Shown: positions 38,925-48,757 of the stretch, in pieces
Layout: each line of letters starts with the position of its first letter
Numbering within the stretch: position 1 is the first letter of the stretch
Sequence record: PZ154897.1
Source of the DNA: a phage
Direction: 5' to 3' (one strand)
DNA: 64,000 bases
Notes under the pieces: generated by a model
Database searches by the model: none
What the model saw: only the letters and a program-made list of their open reading frames with translations
Told to the model about the DNA's origin: nothing
Translations under genes and position numbers: made by a program

Positions 38925-39641
38925 ATGAATTATAAACTAATTTATGAAAAGTTAATCTCTAATGCTAAATCTCGAAAACTTGATTGCTATACTGAATCTC
39001 ATCACATTATACCACGCTGTTTAAACGGTAGTGATGATGCTTCAAACTTAGTAGATTTAACGCCAGAAGAGCACTATGTAGCTCATCAACTTTTAGTAAA
39101 AATTTATCCTTCTGAACCAAAATTAGTCTATGCTGCTAACATGATGACAGTTTCTACGAAATACGCTAAACGTAACAATAAAACTTTCGGCTGGATTCGT
39201 CGTAAACTCTGGGAAATAGAAAAGAATAAAGAGTTCTCCAAAGAGACACGAAAGAAAATGTCCGACGCAGTAGCTAATAAAGCAAGACTAACTTGTCCAC
39301 ATTGCGGTAAGTCTGGATTAAGCGGGAATATGAATCGATGGCATTTTGATAACTGCCCAAATCATCCCAATCCTAAAGTTAGACCGCCAATGTCTAAAGA
39401 ACACAGAAATAATATCTCAAACGGGCTTAAAGCAATCGTTCTTGAAGAAACATCCTGCGAATTCTGCGGAATGATAGGCAAGAAATGCGTTATCGCAGCG
39501 CATAGAAATTTCTGCAAGAAAAATCCAAATGGACGCAAGAAAACTGAAAAGACTGGTACTTGCGTCCATTGTGGTAAAGTTACCACTTTCGGAAATTTAT
39601 CAAGATGGCATAATGATAATTGTAAATATAAACCTAGCTAA
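38925..39641 (+). CDS. free-standing HNH homing endonuclease with C-terminal zinc-finger repeats
   Basis: ESHHIIPRCLNGSDDASNLVDLTPEEHYVAH HNH motif; repeated CxHCGK...RWHxDNC units; opposite strand to all neighbours. Confidence 0.8.
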   Translation: MNYKLIYEKLISNAKSRKLDCYTESHHIIPRCLNGSDDASNLVDLTPEEHYVAHQLLVKIYPSEPKLVYAANMMTVSTKYAKRNNKTFGWIRRKLWEIEKNKEFSKETRKKMSDAVANKARLTCPHCGKSGLSGNMNRWHFDNCPNHPNPKVRPPMSKEHRNNISNGLKAIVLEETSCEFCGMIGKKCVIAAHRNFCKKNPNGRKKTEKTGTCVHCGKVTTFGNLSRWHNDNCKYKPS

Positions 39642-41322
39642 TCTTAGCTAAACTAAATCTACCAACTTTTTCCATTTGAATGTGCTGACCATATTCCTGT
39701 GGGTCATGGTCTTTATGCGAAATTATGAAGAAGTTGGTATCCTTCAAACCATCTAAAATTTTAGCCACATTTTTAATACCTTCAGCATCAAATGCACCGT
39801 CATACACTTCATCAAGAAATAAACAACTTATTTTAACACCTGAAACTTTTTCAGCAATATCACGCCAAGTAAATAAAAGAGCAATATCAATTCGTGCTTT
39901 TTCACCTTGACTAAATGAAGCATAACTAAAATCTTCACGACCACGGGATTTAATTGTCTCATTAAATTCTTCATCTAATGTAAACACATAATCCGCTTCC
40001 ATTATTTTAAGATAATGGTTAATCTGCTTATTAAATAATGGAATGTACTTTTTAATAATAGCACCTTTAATACCAGAATCTTTGAGCATATCAGTCAAAA
40101 TTCCTCGGTGGTATTTTTCCATTACTAAATTAGTTTTTGTCTTAACAATTTTATCAAGTTCTTCTTGAAGCAGTGCTATTTCATCAGCATGGTCAATAAA
40201 CTCAGAAGATGCTTTTTCTATAGCCGCTTTAACCTTTTTAGCTTTATCTACCGTCGTGATTAGAGATTGCTTTTTATTGCGAATATCATTTGCCAACGTC
40301 TGTTGGGTTTTAATATTATCTCGGTATTCATCAACGAGAACTTTTAAATTATCACGATGTGTTGAAAGCTGTTCAAACGAATGCGTGCATTCAGAAACTT
40401 TATCTTTAATTTTAGAAACAACTTTATCACCGGAACTTAATTGTGACAAACAGGTTGGACATAATCCACCTTCGTGATACATATTAATGACTTTATTATA
40501 CGAGTCAATTTTTGATTTAATTAAAAATGCTTCTTGACCGATTTTATTAAATGCATCAGTCGGGTCTTCATCCAAAACAATATTAACTAATCTTTCATTA
40601 GCTTCTTCTATTTCCGATTTTAGCGTTCTAGCTTCTTTTGCCAAATCATCATACATATTCTGCAGACGAGTAAGGTTATCACCAGTTAATTTTTTCTGGC
40701 GTTCAACGTTATCATTATATATTTTAATTTGTTGGATAATACTATCTTTTTTAACATCAAGCACTTGGTTTTGTGAATTTAATTCACGTATTAGTGCTTT
40801 ATTAAGCTTATCCATTTCAGCTAATGTTCCTACCTCAAGCAGGTCTTCCACAAGCTTTCTTCGCGCAGGGGTCGACAAACCCATGAAAGGGGTATACCCT
40901 GCTGTACCAAGGACAACAATCTGCTTGAAACTGGCATATGACATTCCGATAAGCTGTTCAAATTCTGCTTGGAAATCTTTACTGCTGGCAGATTCATTAA
41001 GACGTGTACCGTTAACGGTGATTTCGAAAACGTTTGGTTTTTGTCCTCTTTTGATATAGTACTTTTTCTCATCATATTCCATCCACAGTTCAACTAAAAG
41101 TTCTTTCTTATTTGTGCTGTTTATTAATTGACCTTTCTTTACATCACGGAATGGCTTGCCAAAAAGCCCAAATGTGATGGCTTCTAACATAGTAGACTTA
41201 CCACCGCCATTTCGTCCAGTAATAAGAGTTTTTTGAACCTTATCTAATTGAATGTCAACTCCATTTTGACCAACTGACATTATATTTTTATATTTTACTC
41301 TATTAAGTTTAAATGATTTCAT
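39634..41322 (-). CDS. 46: recombination endonuclease subunit (Rad50/SbcC-like ATPase)
   Basis: 562-aa ORF; Walker A GRNGGGKST; coiled-coil middle; ABC signature near C-terminus. Confidence 0.93.
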   Translation of the reverse strand: MKSFKLNRVKYKNIMSVGQNGVDIQLDKVQKTLITGRNGGGKSTMLEAITFGLFGKPFRDVKKGQLINSTNKKELLVELWMEYDEKKYYIKRGQKPNVFEITVNGTRLNESASSKDFQAEFEQLIGMSYASFKQIVVLGTAGYTPFMGLSTPARRKLVEDLLEVGTLAEMDKLNKALIRELNSQNQVLDVKKDSIIQQIKIYNDNVERQKKLTGDNLTRLQNMYDDLAKEARTLKSEIEEANERLVNIVLDEDPTDAFNKIGQEAFLIKSKIDSYNKVINMYHEGGLCPTCLSQLSSGDKVVSKIKDKVSECTHSFEQLSTHRDNLKVLVDEYRDNIKTQQTLANDIRNKKQSLITTVDKAKKVKAAIEKASSEFIDHADEIALLQEELDKIVKTKTNLVMEKYHRGILTDMLKDSGIKGAIIKKYIPLFNKQINHYLKIMEADYVFTLDEEFNETIKSRGREDFSYASFSQGEKARIDIALLFTWRDIAEKVSGVKISCLFLDEVYDGAFDAEGIKNVAKILDGLKDTNFFIISHKDHDPQEYGQHIQMEKVGRFSLAKIS

Positions 41323-41337
41323 TTTGTATCCAATTGT

Positions 41338-42192
41338 TCACAATGAAGAAAATTCTTTAACTAAAGCCTGTAATGAAGCCTCTATTGGATATCCATTCTT
41401 AACTAACATTTTCCTAAACATCACATGTTTAGGACGATTATATGATATCCACAATTCATACAATTTATCTTTATTATCCCAATGATAGCCTTTTCGTCGA
41501 GATGCTATATGAGCTTTTCTAATCTCCGGATTTTTCCAACTAGCAGCTACTGAATTTGATATAGCTATTTTATATTCAGGTTTTGATAAAGCAGCGCGAA
41601 CAGCCCTTTGGTGTTTAATTTTATTTTCTTCGTTATTAAACCATTCCCTTGAAGCCATTGAAATTTTTTGTTTTGTTTTAAAATTATTTAATCTTTCTTT
41701 GTTATCTTTTCTATTTTTTGCTACTGAAAAATATTTTAATGCCCTTTCTCTAGCAGCATTTCTATTTTGCGGATTTGAATAATACTGTTGAAGCCTTTTT
41801 GATATTGTGTCACTTACATCTTGTTTTATAAAACTATATTCAGCAGCTATTAAATCAACTTCGGCTAAAGATAAATTTTTATATGTTTTTCCTGACATCA
41901 TTCTATTTAAAGCATTTAGCATTTTTCCATTTTTACCTTTTGCTAATAAGAAATGTGCTTTGAAATGATTGAAATGACTTAAATTAACTAAATTCCATGT
42001 AGATTTTAAATATTCAGGAAATATTGATTTAGGAAGCACGTGATGTGCTTCCGTTTTACCTGGAGTTTTAACAGTTGAATTCATAGAAATAAAATTAATG
42101 TAAGACTTGGCGTCTTCTTCGCTCAACACTAATTTTTCAACTAATTCCTTTATTAAAAATTCATCATTAATATCAAGTTTAAAATTCTTCAC
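41338..42192 (-). CDS. free-standing HNH homing endonuclease with NUMOD-like repeats
   Basis: TEAHHVLPKS...NLVNLSHFNHFKAH HNH motif; repeated basic helix units; GTG start with AAGGA SD. Confidence 0.7.
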   Translation of the reverse strand: MKNFKLDINDEFLIKELVEKLVLSEEDAKSYINFISMNSTVKTPGKTEAHHVLPKSIFPEYLKSTWNLVNLSHFNHFKAHFLLAKGKNGKMLNALNRMMSGKTYKNLSLAEVDLIAAEYSFIKQDVSDTISKRLQQYYSNPQNRNAARERALKYFSVAKNRKDNKERLNNFKTKQKISMASREWFNNEENKIKHQRAVRAALSKPEYKIAISNSVAASWKNPEIRKAHIASRRKGYHWDNKDKLYELWISYNRPKHVMFRKMLVKNGYPIEASLQALVKEFSSL

Positions 42193-42452
42193 AAAAGATT
42201 CCTTTTAATGTATCTTTTAGACCATTCTATCATATCATCATAATCTAAAAAGTATTCATCAAATTCAGCCATGCAAACAACACCTTGTGCTGCTTTTGAT
42301 GTGATATAAATTATTCCAACATATCTAGAATCTTCTTCGGTGTAATCAATATTTGCTATGAATTCATCGTTAATGTCAAATGTCGAAAACTTCACAGTAT
42401 GCATCCTTAATACAAGATACAGCCATATCTTGTAATGATTTAGGTGTGTCAT
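42189..42452 (-). CDS. hypothetical protein (about 87 aa, start uncertain)
   Basis: ORF overlapping next ORF by 77 nt. Confidence 0.45.
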   Translation of the reverse strand: MTHLNHYKIWLYLVLRMHTVKFSTFDINDEFIANIDYTEEDSRYVGIIYITSKAAQGVVCMAEFDEYFLDYDDMIEWSKRYIKRNLL

Positions 42453-42639
42453 TATCTAAAATGTTGAAGTTAAAAGATACAGCCCAGTCAGTGCAGACCG
42501 TGACCTTTTTAATACAATTATCTTCAACCTCTAACGGTTCAAACCAATATTCAATAATTTCTTTATGCCCAATATCATCTTTTACTTCACATTCAAAATG
42601 CTGACTCATCATAACATTTTTAAATTCATCAAAAGTCAT
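42376..42639 (-). CDS. hypothetical protein (87 aa)
   Basis: ORF; ATGA overlap with gene 47 stop. Confidence 0.5.
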   Translation of the reverse strand: MTFDEFKNVMMSQHFECEVKDDIGHKEIIEYWFEPLEVEDNCIKKVTVCTDWAVSFNFNILDNDTPKSLQDMAVSCIKDAYCEVFDI

Positions 42640-43655
42640 TGTGTTGCCTCTACATATAACTGATTTGCATATTGAATAAGTGCTTCGCGATCAGAATCAG
42701 TGATGTCTGGAATTGCATTAATGTATTCTTCCATCAACGTCTGAAGAGATTGAACTTCAACTTCTTCGCTATCATCTGACTCGACAGAGTTATCAATCTT
42801 TGACACAACTCGTAATGAATGCACAACTTTTTCTAGTTCAGATTCGAACTTCGTTAGATTTTTGTCTACCTCAGTTACTATAACACGCACTGATAGATTT
42901 GTAAAATCTTTATAGTCAATTTTTCCCTTAAATGGATACTGAATTCGACGATGCCAGGTAGTGTTGTTTGGAATAAATTCCATTCGTTCTGTTTCTGTAT
43001 CAAACATCCAGAACCCGCGAGGGTCATTCTCGTCACCTGCAGTTAGTGTCCATGGTGTCCCAATATATCTGACGTTAGCAGCCTCAGAGATAGTATGGAA
43101 GTGACCAGACCACACCTCTTTATAAGTCTTAAGGAAATCAGGTTCAAGACCGTGAGATTTCATTCCTTTATAAAAATAAAATCCATTCAACTCCCAGTGA
43201 CCAACACAAAAAGAAGCAGATGAAGTTTTGATGTGTTCAAGAATTTCACCAGTATTTTCTTCGCACATCCAAGGAATTAAATCAATCAAACATCCGTCAA
43301 AATCTACTGTAGTAGGCTTATCATATACTTTAACATTAGGATATTTAGCCAAAAGCTCAGTAGAGGCATTTGGATGCATTACATTTTTATAGTGGAGATC
43401 GTGATTTCCTACAATAGTATGTAATGTGATTCCAACGTCATCAAGCATTTGAACTATTTCGCGAGCAAACTCCATAGTTTTATGCGTGATCGCTTTTCGC
43501 ACATCAAAAATATCACCATATTGAATCCATACAGTAATTCCGTTTTTCTTAGAATATTCTATCGCTTGCTTAATTCCATCAATTTGAATACCGCGAATCC
43601 ACTCATCATCAGCTTTAACGCCTAAATGCCAATCACCTAAATTTAAAATTTTCAT
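42636..43655 (-). CDS. 47: recombination endonuclease subunit (Mre11/SbcD-like phosphoesterase)
   Basis: 339-aa ORF, T4 gp47 length; GDWH and GNHD phosphoesterase motifs. Confidence 0.93.
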   Translation of the reverse strand: MKILNLGDWHLGVKADDEWIRGIQIDGIKQAIEYSKKNGITVWIQYGDIFDVRKAITHKTMEFAREIVQMLDDVGITLHTIVGNHDLHYKNVMHPNASTELLAKYPNVKVYDKPTTVDFDGCLIDLIPWMCEENTGEILEHIKTSSASFCVGHWELNGFYFYKGMKSHGLEPDFLKTYKEVWSGHFHTISEAANVRYIGTPWTLTAGDENDPRGFWMFDTETERMEFIPNNTTWHRRIQYPFKGKIDYKDFTNLSVRVIVTEVDKNLTKFESELEKVVHSLRVVSKIDNSVESDDSEEVEVQSLQTLMEEYINAIPDITDSDREALIQYANQLYVEATQ

Positions 43656-43792
43656 ATATCAAGAACCGTCATTGAAATGCAAAATAAAATTATTGAAATA
43701 AATCCATCTGGAGTGCTAAAGAACCCAATCCAACATGCTCTAGTGAATAGATAAAATGCAAGAAAAAGTATCACATATCCAAGAAATATCAT
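43652..43792 (-). CDS. small membrane peptide (46 aa)
   Basis: hand-translated; GGAG SD; ATGA overlap with gene 47 start. Confidence 0.4.
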   Translation of the reverse strand: MIFLGYVILFLAFYLFTRACWIGFFSTPDGFISIILFCISMTVLDI

Positions 43793-43815
43793 TATATCAA
43801 ACTCCGTATAAAGCT

Positions 43816-43833
43816 AAAGGGCCGAAGCCCTTT
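43816..43833 (-). other. UUCG-tetraloop RNA hairpin at a-gt stop
   Basis: aaagggc-cgaa-gcccttt. Confidence 0.55.
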
Positions 43834-45034
43834 ATTTTGTAATAATGTCAAACTGTTCTTTAAAGCAGAAGCTTGAATCTTGATGCTGATACAAAAATTC
43901 ATAAGCTTTTTCACGTTCACGGTCATAAAGAGCTCGGTCAGATGACAGTTCTTTAATACGTTCAAATGTTGATTCCATGTCATTTTCATCAAACCAAACG
44001 ATACCGCTATCGTGTGAAATTAATGGAGTATTATCAACACGGAATTTTAAATTTTCGCCAGTACATTTCCAAAATACCGGAATTGTTCCACATGCACCAA
44101 GCTCGAGATGAGTATATTCTAAAGAACGTTGTAGATATTTTTTGTCCAACTTACTCAGCTGATAACCAAATCCGGATTTACTCATGCGTTCAAGCATTTC
44201 GCTATTTACATAACGGTCGAGAATTTGCGTCGGCAAATTAGGAGCAATTTTAATTTGGTCTACTTGGTGAAGACGATAATACTCGTATGGAATTCCTTTT
44301 TCTTTAATAGGAATGAACGCTGGAGAACGTTCCAGACCTTCCATAATAGTACTTAGTCCTGCAGGTTTAAGATGTTTTTCATGAAAATCAAACATCTGAT
44401 AAAAACCTTTCCATGTAGTCGTACGACCAATCCAACGGTTGATATTCATGTTAATTTCAGAAACATCTTTCCAGTAGGTTGACCGAACCTTCGCAATATC
44501 CATAGGAGGCTGAAAGTTATATACTGCCGGTGCTTCTTCAATATCATCAAACAGAGAAACTGTTTCAGGATACCATTCTTTCATCAGAACTTTATTAAAA
44601 TCACCATTATCAGAATGGCTAAAAATAACATCAGCTCGACGAACAGTTTCTTCTAATCCCAAATTTCGGCGCAAAGAAAGAGAAGAATGGTCATGTTGAT
44701 AAACTACAACACGAACAGAAGGTTTAATGTTATCAATAATTTTTTTATAGTTATTAATAGTGTCTTCTTCAACCGAAGTAGCAGGAACTGAATTGATAAT
44801 TAGAATATCACAATCATTTACCAGCTTAAGTGTTTTATCGTATTCTTTTGCCAATAAAACTGGAATTGAAAATGATTTATAATCATGCGCGCAATTACGA
44901 GTAAATGATTTATCTTTAGCATAAACCAAAGTCACTTCATGACCATTTTTAATAAACCAATCACGTTGCTCGAGTGAGAATTTTGTTACACCACAACCTT
45001 CAAGACCTCGAGCCATAAAAATACATACTTTCAT
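43832..45034 (-). CDS. a-gt: alpha-glucosyltransferase for HMC-DNA
   Basis: 400-aa ORF, T4 alpha-gt length; synteny 47 - a-gt - 55. Confidence 0.85.
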   Translation of the reverse strand: MKVCIFMARGLEGCGVTKFSLEQRDWFIKNGHEVTLVYAKDKSFTRNCAHDYKSFSIPVLLAKEYDKTLKLVNDCDILIINSVPATSVEEDTINNYKKIIDNIKPSVRVVVYQHDHSSLSLRRNLGLEETVRRADVIFSHSDNGDFNKVLMKEWYPETVSLFDDIEEAPAVYNFQPPMDIAKVRSTYWKDVSEINMNINRWIGRTTTWKGFYQMFDFHEKHLKPAGLSTIMEGLERSPAFIPIKEKGIPYEYYRLHQVDQIKIAPNLPTQILDRYVNSEMLERMSKSGFGYQLSKLDKKYLQRSLEYTHLELGACGTIPVFWKCTGENLKFRVDNTPLISHDSGIVWFDENDMESTFERIKELSSDRALYDREREKAYEFLYQHQDSSFCFKEQFDIITK

Positions 45035-45085
45035 TTAATATCCTCTTTGTTTTGGTTTATTTTACCAAAAATTTATAAAGCAATA

Positions 45086-45103
45086 TAGGAGCCGAAGCTC
45101 CTA
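45086..45103 (-). terminator. UUCG-tetraloop hairpin followed by U-rich tract
   Basis: taggagc-cgaa-gctccta; 7-bp stem. Confidence 0.5.
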
Positions 45104-45271
45104 TCCACATAATACGTCATACAGAGGCTCATTTGAACTTTTAAATCGAATGGGCTTGTACGTAATAGTTCCTTCGGCTTTAGCTTTATCATAAGACTCT
45201 TTAAAACGTCTCATTCTTTCTGCTTTGCCTTTACGGATTTTATCGAAATTTTCAGAAGTCTGGGTGTTCAT
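45101..45271 (-). CDS. possible small basic protein (56 aa)
   Basis: hand-translated ORF filling a gap. Confidence 0.35.
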   Translation of the reverse strand: MNTQTSENFDKIRKGKAERMRRFKESYDKAKAEGTITYKPIRFKSSNEPLYDVLCG

Positions 45272-45274
45272 CTT

Positions 45275-45481
45275 TCACAGTTGCCACCATTTTTTGACTT
45301 GATAAGAATCAACCCACACTTTCATATTAGGGTCTGCTCTTACAATAGGAGGATTAACTTCTTTAATTGAACTATCATGGTATTCTTTTTCAGAAATTTT
45401 CACACAAAGATGACCGTTCAAAGATTCAGTAAATCCTGCATTAATTTTAAGACGCTTGAATTTTACGTGTGTAAGCATCAA
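45275..45481 (-). CDS. hypothetical protein (68 aa)
   Basis: ORF. Confidence 0.45.
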   Translation of the reverse strand: MMLTHVKFKRLKINAGFTESLNGHLCVKISEKEYHDSSIKEVNPPIVRADPNMKVWVDSYQVKKWWQL

Positions 45482-45764
45482 TCATATCCTCAATCTGCGA
45501 TCTAGTAGTCTTCCAAAGAATACTAATGAGTTCATCGTTATATGGCTGTTTTAGAATATCCCGACTTTTCTTGATAGCATATTCGTATTGAGCAAAATTA
45601 TTGTTTTCGGCTGCAATCTGAGCATGTTTATAAAGACGGTTCAGTTCGCGTTTATTTTTAGACAATAACTTATTTGCTTTTCTTTCTGCTTCAAGACGGT
45701 TCTTTTCTTCAATAGAAGAAATAAGCTTTTCAACTTCATCATTAATTTCGGATTTATCAGTCAT
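45447..45764 (-). CDS. hypothetical protein (105 aa)
   Basis: ORF. Confidence 0.5.
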   Translation of the reverse strand: MTDKSEINDEVEKLISSIEEKNRLEAERKANKLLSKNKRELNRLYKHAQIAAENNNFAQYEYAIKKSRDILKQPYNDELISILWKTTRSQIEDMIDAYTRKIQAS

Positions 45765-45765
45765 A

Positions 45766-45984
45766 TTATTTCTCTAATATAAAATAAAAATCATCATCTG
45801 TTAAATGATACCGATAGTTTAATTCTACACCATTAGATTTAAAAGCGGTATCATACGGATTTTCTGGATCAATATCAATGTCAAGAGCTAAAACTTCCCT
45901 GAGATACATTTTAAGTAAATAGGGAATAGCTTCAACTTCAGGTATTTCTTCCAAGAATCCGGAGAGGTTAATCGTTAGCCTCAT
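45766..45984 (-). CDS. hypothetical protein (72 aa)
   Basis: ORF directly downstream of gene 55. Confidence 0.5.
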
Positions 45985-46525
45985 ATAAAAAATCCAAACT
46001 AGGAGAATCGTCTACAACACTTTTCTTTTCAGCCCCCGGTGTTCTATAGGTTGATTCTTCGTAATGCGTCATTTTATCGTAGATGTCTTGAATAAAAGTT
46101 TCATCTACTAACGCAACCATATCGTCGTCACGGCTGTCATAGACATTGTGAACGAAGTAACTATATTTCTTTGCAACTTCCTTACGTTCTTTTTTAATAC
46201 GCTGGACGAATGCATTAAAACAAGCTTGAGTTATATACGCATGTGGGTTTTTATATTTCGTTTCATCAAAATTATGAAGCCCCTTAATAGAAGCTTCTAT
46301 ACCATCTGCAATCATTTCTTGTTTCCAAGACTGGGTGTATCCTGAAAAGTTGAAACGTTTAGATAAGCCTTCTGCAATAAGCATAATGGCTAATCCGATA
46401 GTATCATTCTGACGAACTACTTTATTTGGGTCTTTATTATTTGCTAATTCTGTTTTCCAATCAATAATAGCTTGTAAAAGCTCTTTATTGTTTACGTAAT
46501 TATATTTAGGCTTAGTTTCTGACAT
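45968..46525 (-). CDS. 55: late-transcription sigma factor
   Basis: 185 codons from internal ATG, T4 gp55 length; synteny. Confidence 0.9.
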
Positions 46526-46603
46526 TTTCACCTCTTAGCTCAATTCATAGATCTATTATATCATAATATTTGAAGATCTATCTTAAAGCATAGAGGATAT
46601 CAG

Positions 46604-46873
46604 TTATCTAAGTAAACAGTATGCTTGGAACACTTTCTCCATCATCTTTTTAAATTCATGAATATCTATGTAATGATCATTAATATCAGCACGATATAAA
46701 AAGTCTAAAAACTTTTTATGGGTGTTAGAATATTTACTTTCATTTAATTCAGAAACATGGCTTTCCCAATATCCAACACCAATCTTATTTGGGAAAAATG
46801 AAATTTTCATGTATTGGTCAACATAGAAAATACCAAAATTTTCAATAGCAATAGAAATATTAATTAATTTCAT
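46604..46873 (-). CDS. hypothetical protein (89 aa)
   Basis: ORF. Confidence 0.5.
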   Translation of the reverse strand: MKLINISIAIENFGIFYVDQYMKISFFPNKIGVGYWESHVSELNESKYSNTHKKFLDFLYRADINDHYIDIHEFKKMMEKVFQAYCLLR

Positions 46874-47085
46874 GCATTCATCAACTTAGCCGCTTCAAGA
46901 GCTGCATCTAGTGAATCAAATTGGTCAACGTATTCAATCAATTCGCCGTAATTAGCGTATAACCACCATTGGCTAAATTCATACTCAAGGATGAATCCAT
47001 TTCCTTCAATTTGAGTTAAACCAATACCGTTTGTATTTACTTCATATCCGGCAAGACGCAAATCGTTAATAAGAGCTTCGTTCAT
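46870..47085 (-). CDS. hypothetical protein (71 aa)
   Basis: ORF; ATGA overlap. Confidence 0.5.
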   Translation of the reverse strand: MNEALINDLRLAGYEVNTNGIGLTQIEGNGFILEYEFSQWWLYANYGELIEYVDQFDSLDAALEAAKLMNA

Positions 47086-47087
47086 AA

Positions 47088-47414
47088 TTATACCTTAGCA
47101 ATTTTCAGGTCTGCAAATTTTTTCTTGCGTTGATTTTTCATGCGACGAATAGTTTTATCGGAAATTTCATGCTTTTGATAAGCTTTAGATTCTACACCAA
47201 AAGCTTTAACATCAAATTCTGACAAGATATATTGAACCAACAATTCACGGACAGTATTGCGTCCAATCTTCTGATCATTCTGTTTCATCATTTGATGAAG
47301 CTCTTTTTCCCATTTATCCAAAATTTGAGGAGTTACAATATCGCCTTTTTCTAGCAAAGAAACTACTTTATCATATGCGTAAGAATTAATGACGTTTTTA
47401 ATTTGAATAGTCAT
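47088..47414 (-). CDS. hypothetical protein (108 aa)
   Basis: ORF. Confidence 0.55.
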   Translation of the reverse strand: MTIQIKNVINSYAYDKVVSLLEKGDIVTPQILDKWEKELHQMMKQNDQKIGRNTVRELLVQYILSEFDVKAFGVESKAYQKHEISDKTIRRMKNQRKKKFADLKIAKV

Positions 47415-47452
47415 ACATTATCCTCAATTACGTTAAAATTTTATTATCCAAA

Positions 47453-47468
47453 AAGGGCCGAAGCCCTT
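47453..47468 (-). other. UUCG-tetraloop RNA hairpin
   Basis: aagggc-cgaa-gccctt. Confidence 0.5.
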
Positions 47469-47667
47469 AGCTAAACCGTTTGGCACCCTTCCAGCCTTCG
47501 TACATCATTGCGGCTGATATTAATATTGCTCCTGAGCAACTTGAATATTTGTGATTCCAAAACCAGTTTAGAAAAACTTCATCATCAATACCTTGGGCTA
47601 TCATATTTTCAAAGAACTGACGACGAGCTTCGGCAATTCGTTGTGATAATTTAGATTCAGGATTCAT
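47467..47667 (-). CDS. hypothetical protein (66 aa)
   Basis: ORF. Confidence 0.5.
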   Translation of the reverse strand: MNPESKLSQRIAEARRQFFENMIAQGIDDEVFLNWFWNHKYSSCSGAILISAAMMYEGWKGAKRFS

Positions 47668-47799
47668 TTAAATTTTCCAGTTACCGTTTTCATCAATAAA
47701 TTTAATCCAGTCATTTACTGACCACTTAGTTGTATCACCTTTTGGAGTAACATTTAAAGTGTATAATCCTTGTTTAAAAAGCATTCGTTTGATATTCAT
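47668..47799 (-). CDS. small protein (43 aa)
   Basis: internal ATG of ORF 47668..47883 with GAGGA SD. Confidence 0.45.
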   Translation of the reverse strand: MNIKRMLFKQGLYTLNVTPKGDTTKWSVNDWIKFIDENGNWKI

Positions 47800-47806
47800 A
47801 TTTTCC

Positions 47807-48100
47807 TCAGCTGTAACGATAACACTCGTTTGATTTACGCTTAGCAACTCGTTGAGAAGTATTATAATCAAAATCATCGTCAATGTAAACTGATTTTTTC
47901 AACTTTCTTACTTCACTACGTAATTGACGATTTAGCTCATCTTTAACTTCTGAATCAATGCCTTTCATTCTACGCCATTTATCAGAGCGAAAAATGTTTT
48001 CAACCATATCTTTATGACTTACACCATCAGGAGCTTTGCGCTTTCCAAAATAGTCATAATCACGTACTTTTAAATCTTTACGACGATATGTTTTACCCAT
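47807..48100 (-). CDS. highly basic small protein (97 aa)
   Basis: ORF-track 47807..48145 trimmed to ATG after upstream stop; K/R-rich. Confidence 0.5.
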   Translation of the reverse strand: MGKTYRRKDLKVRDYDYFGKRKAPDGVSHKDMVENIFRSDKWRRMKGIDSEVKDELNRQLRSEVRKLKKSVYIDDDFDYNTSQRVAKRKSNECYRYS

Positions 48101-48275
48101 GGAGTTTAATTTCCTTAGCAACTGAACTAAATACAGCACGATCACAAATCATCTGTTTATGTAACTTGAGTATAAGATAATAAACTTCAAAACCGTTTAC
48201 GTAAGTAACACGAACAACATTACCATTAATAAAATAATATTGTCCCTTTTTAATTTCTTTATCAACCACAACCAT
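48093..48275 (-). CDS. hypothetical protein (60 aa)
   Basis: ORF with early promoter upstream. Confidence 0.5.
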   Translation of the reverse strand: MVVVDKEIKKGQYYFINGNVVRVTYVNGFEVYYLILKLHKQMICDRAVFSSVAKEIKLHG

Positions 48276-48301
48276 ATCAAATCCTCAAAGGCAATTCATA
48301 T

Positions 48302-48336
48302 GTTAATAATACCACAGTTTGAACTTCTTGTAAACA
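48302..48336 (-). promoter_or_regulatory. T4-type early promoter (GTTTACA -35 / TATTAT -10)
   Basis: minus strand GTTTACAagaagttcaaactgtggTATTAT. Confidence 0.6.
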
Positions 48337-48415
48337 ACTTTGTGAAAATTATTTTAGGGAACGATAAGAAGGGAACGATAGCTTAGAATGGTAATATACA
48401 GAATGTGAGAAAGAA

Positions 48416-48430
48416 AGGCCCAGAGGGCCC
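48416..48430 (-). other. short GC hairpin after nrdH-like gene
   Basis: ggccc-aga-gggcc. Confidence 0.35.
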
Positions 48431-48433
48431 GTC

Positions 48434-48757
48434 TTAGTCTTCTATGATATCTCTATCATATCCAAGTGAAATGAGAGTTTCTTTGAAGTGTTTAATGTTC
48501 TTTTGTCTAGAATCATTAATGAAAATGACTGGATAACGAATGTTAAGAGATGTGAATCCAGCGCGTTTAGCAAGAGATACAATCAATGGACGATCATACT
48601 CGATCTTACCATTATTTGTAAGAACTTTATAGAAAGTAAAAGGAGCATTGAGCTCCTTTAGAAGTTTTGTAACTGATTGACATCCAGGACAACGACCTAC
48701 TTCATCTGGAATTCCATAGACTTCAATCTTATTCTTTAAGTTCGAGTTTTGTTCCAC
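48434..48757 (-). CDS. nrdH: glutaredoxin-like protein (NrdH-like), start uncertain
   Basis: CPGC redox motif; proposed GTG start with AAGGA SD; ORF track extends to 150 aa. Confidence 0.55.
   Translation of the reverse strand: MEQNSNLKNKIEVYGIPDEVGRCPGCQSVTKLLKELNAPFTFYKVLTNNGKIEYDRPLIVSLAKRAGFTSLNIRYPVIFINDSRQKNIKHFKETLISLGYDRDIIED

Noticed and set aside
43792-43992. 66-aa ORF overlapping the 3' end of a-gt in another frame, and 61-aa ORF 32614..32799 inside gene 43
   Set aside because: Embedded out of frame within strongly supported genes, without SD.
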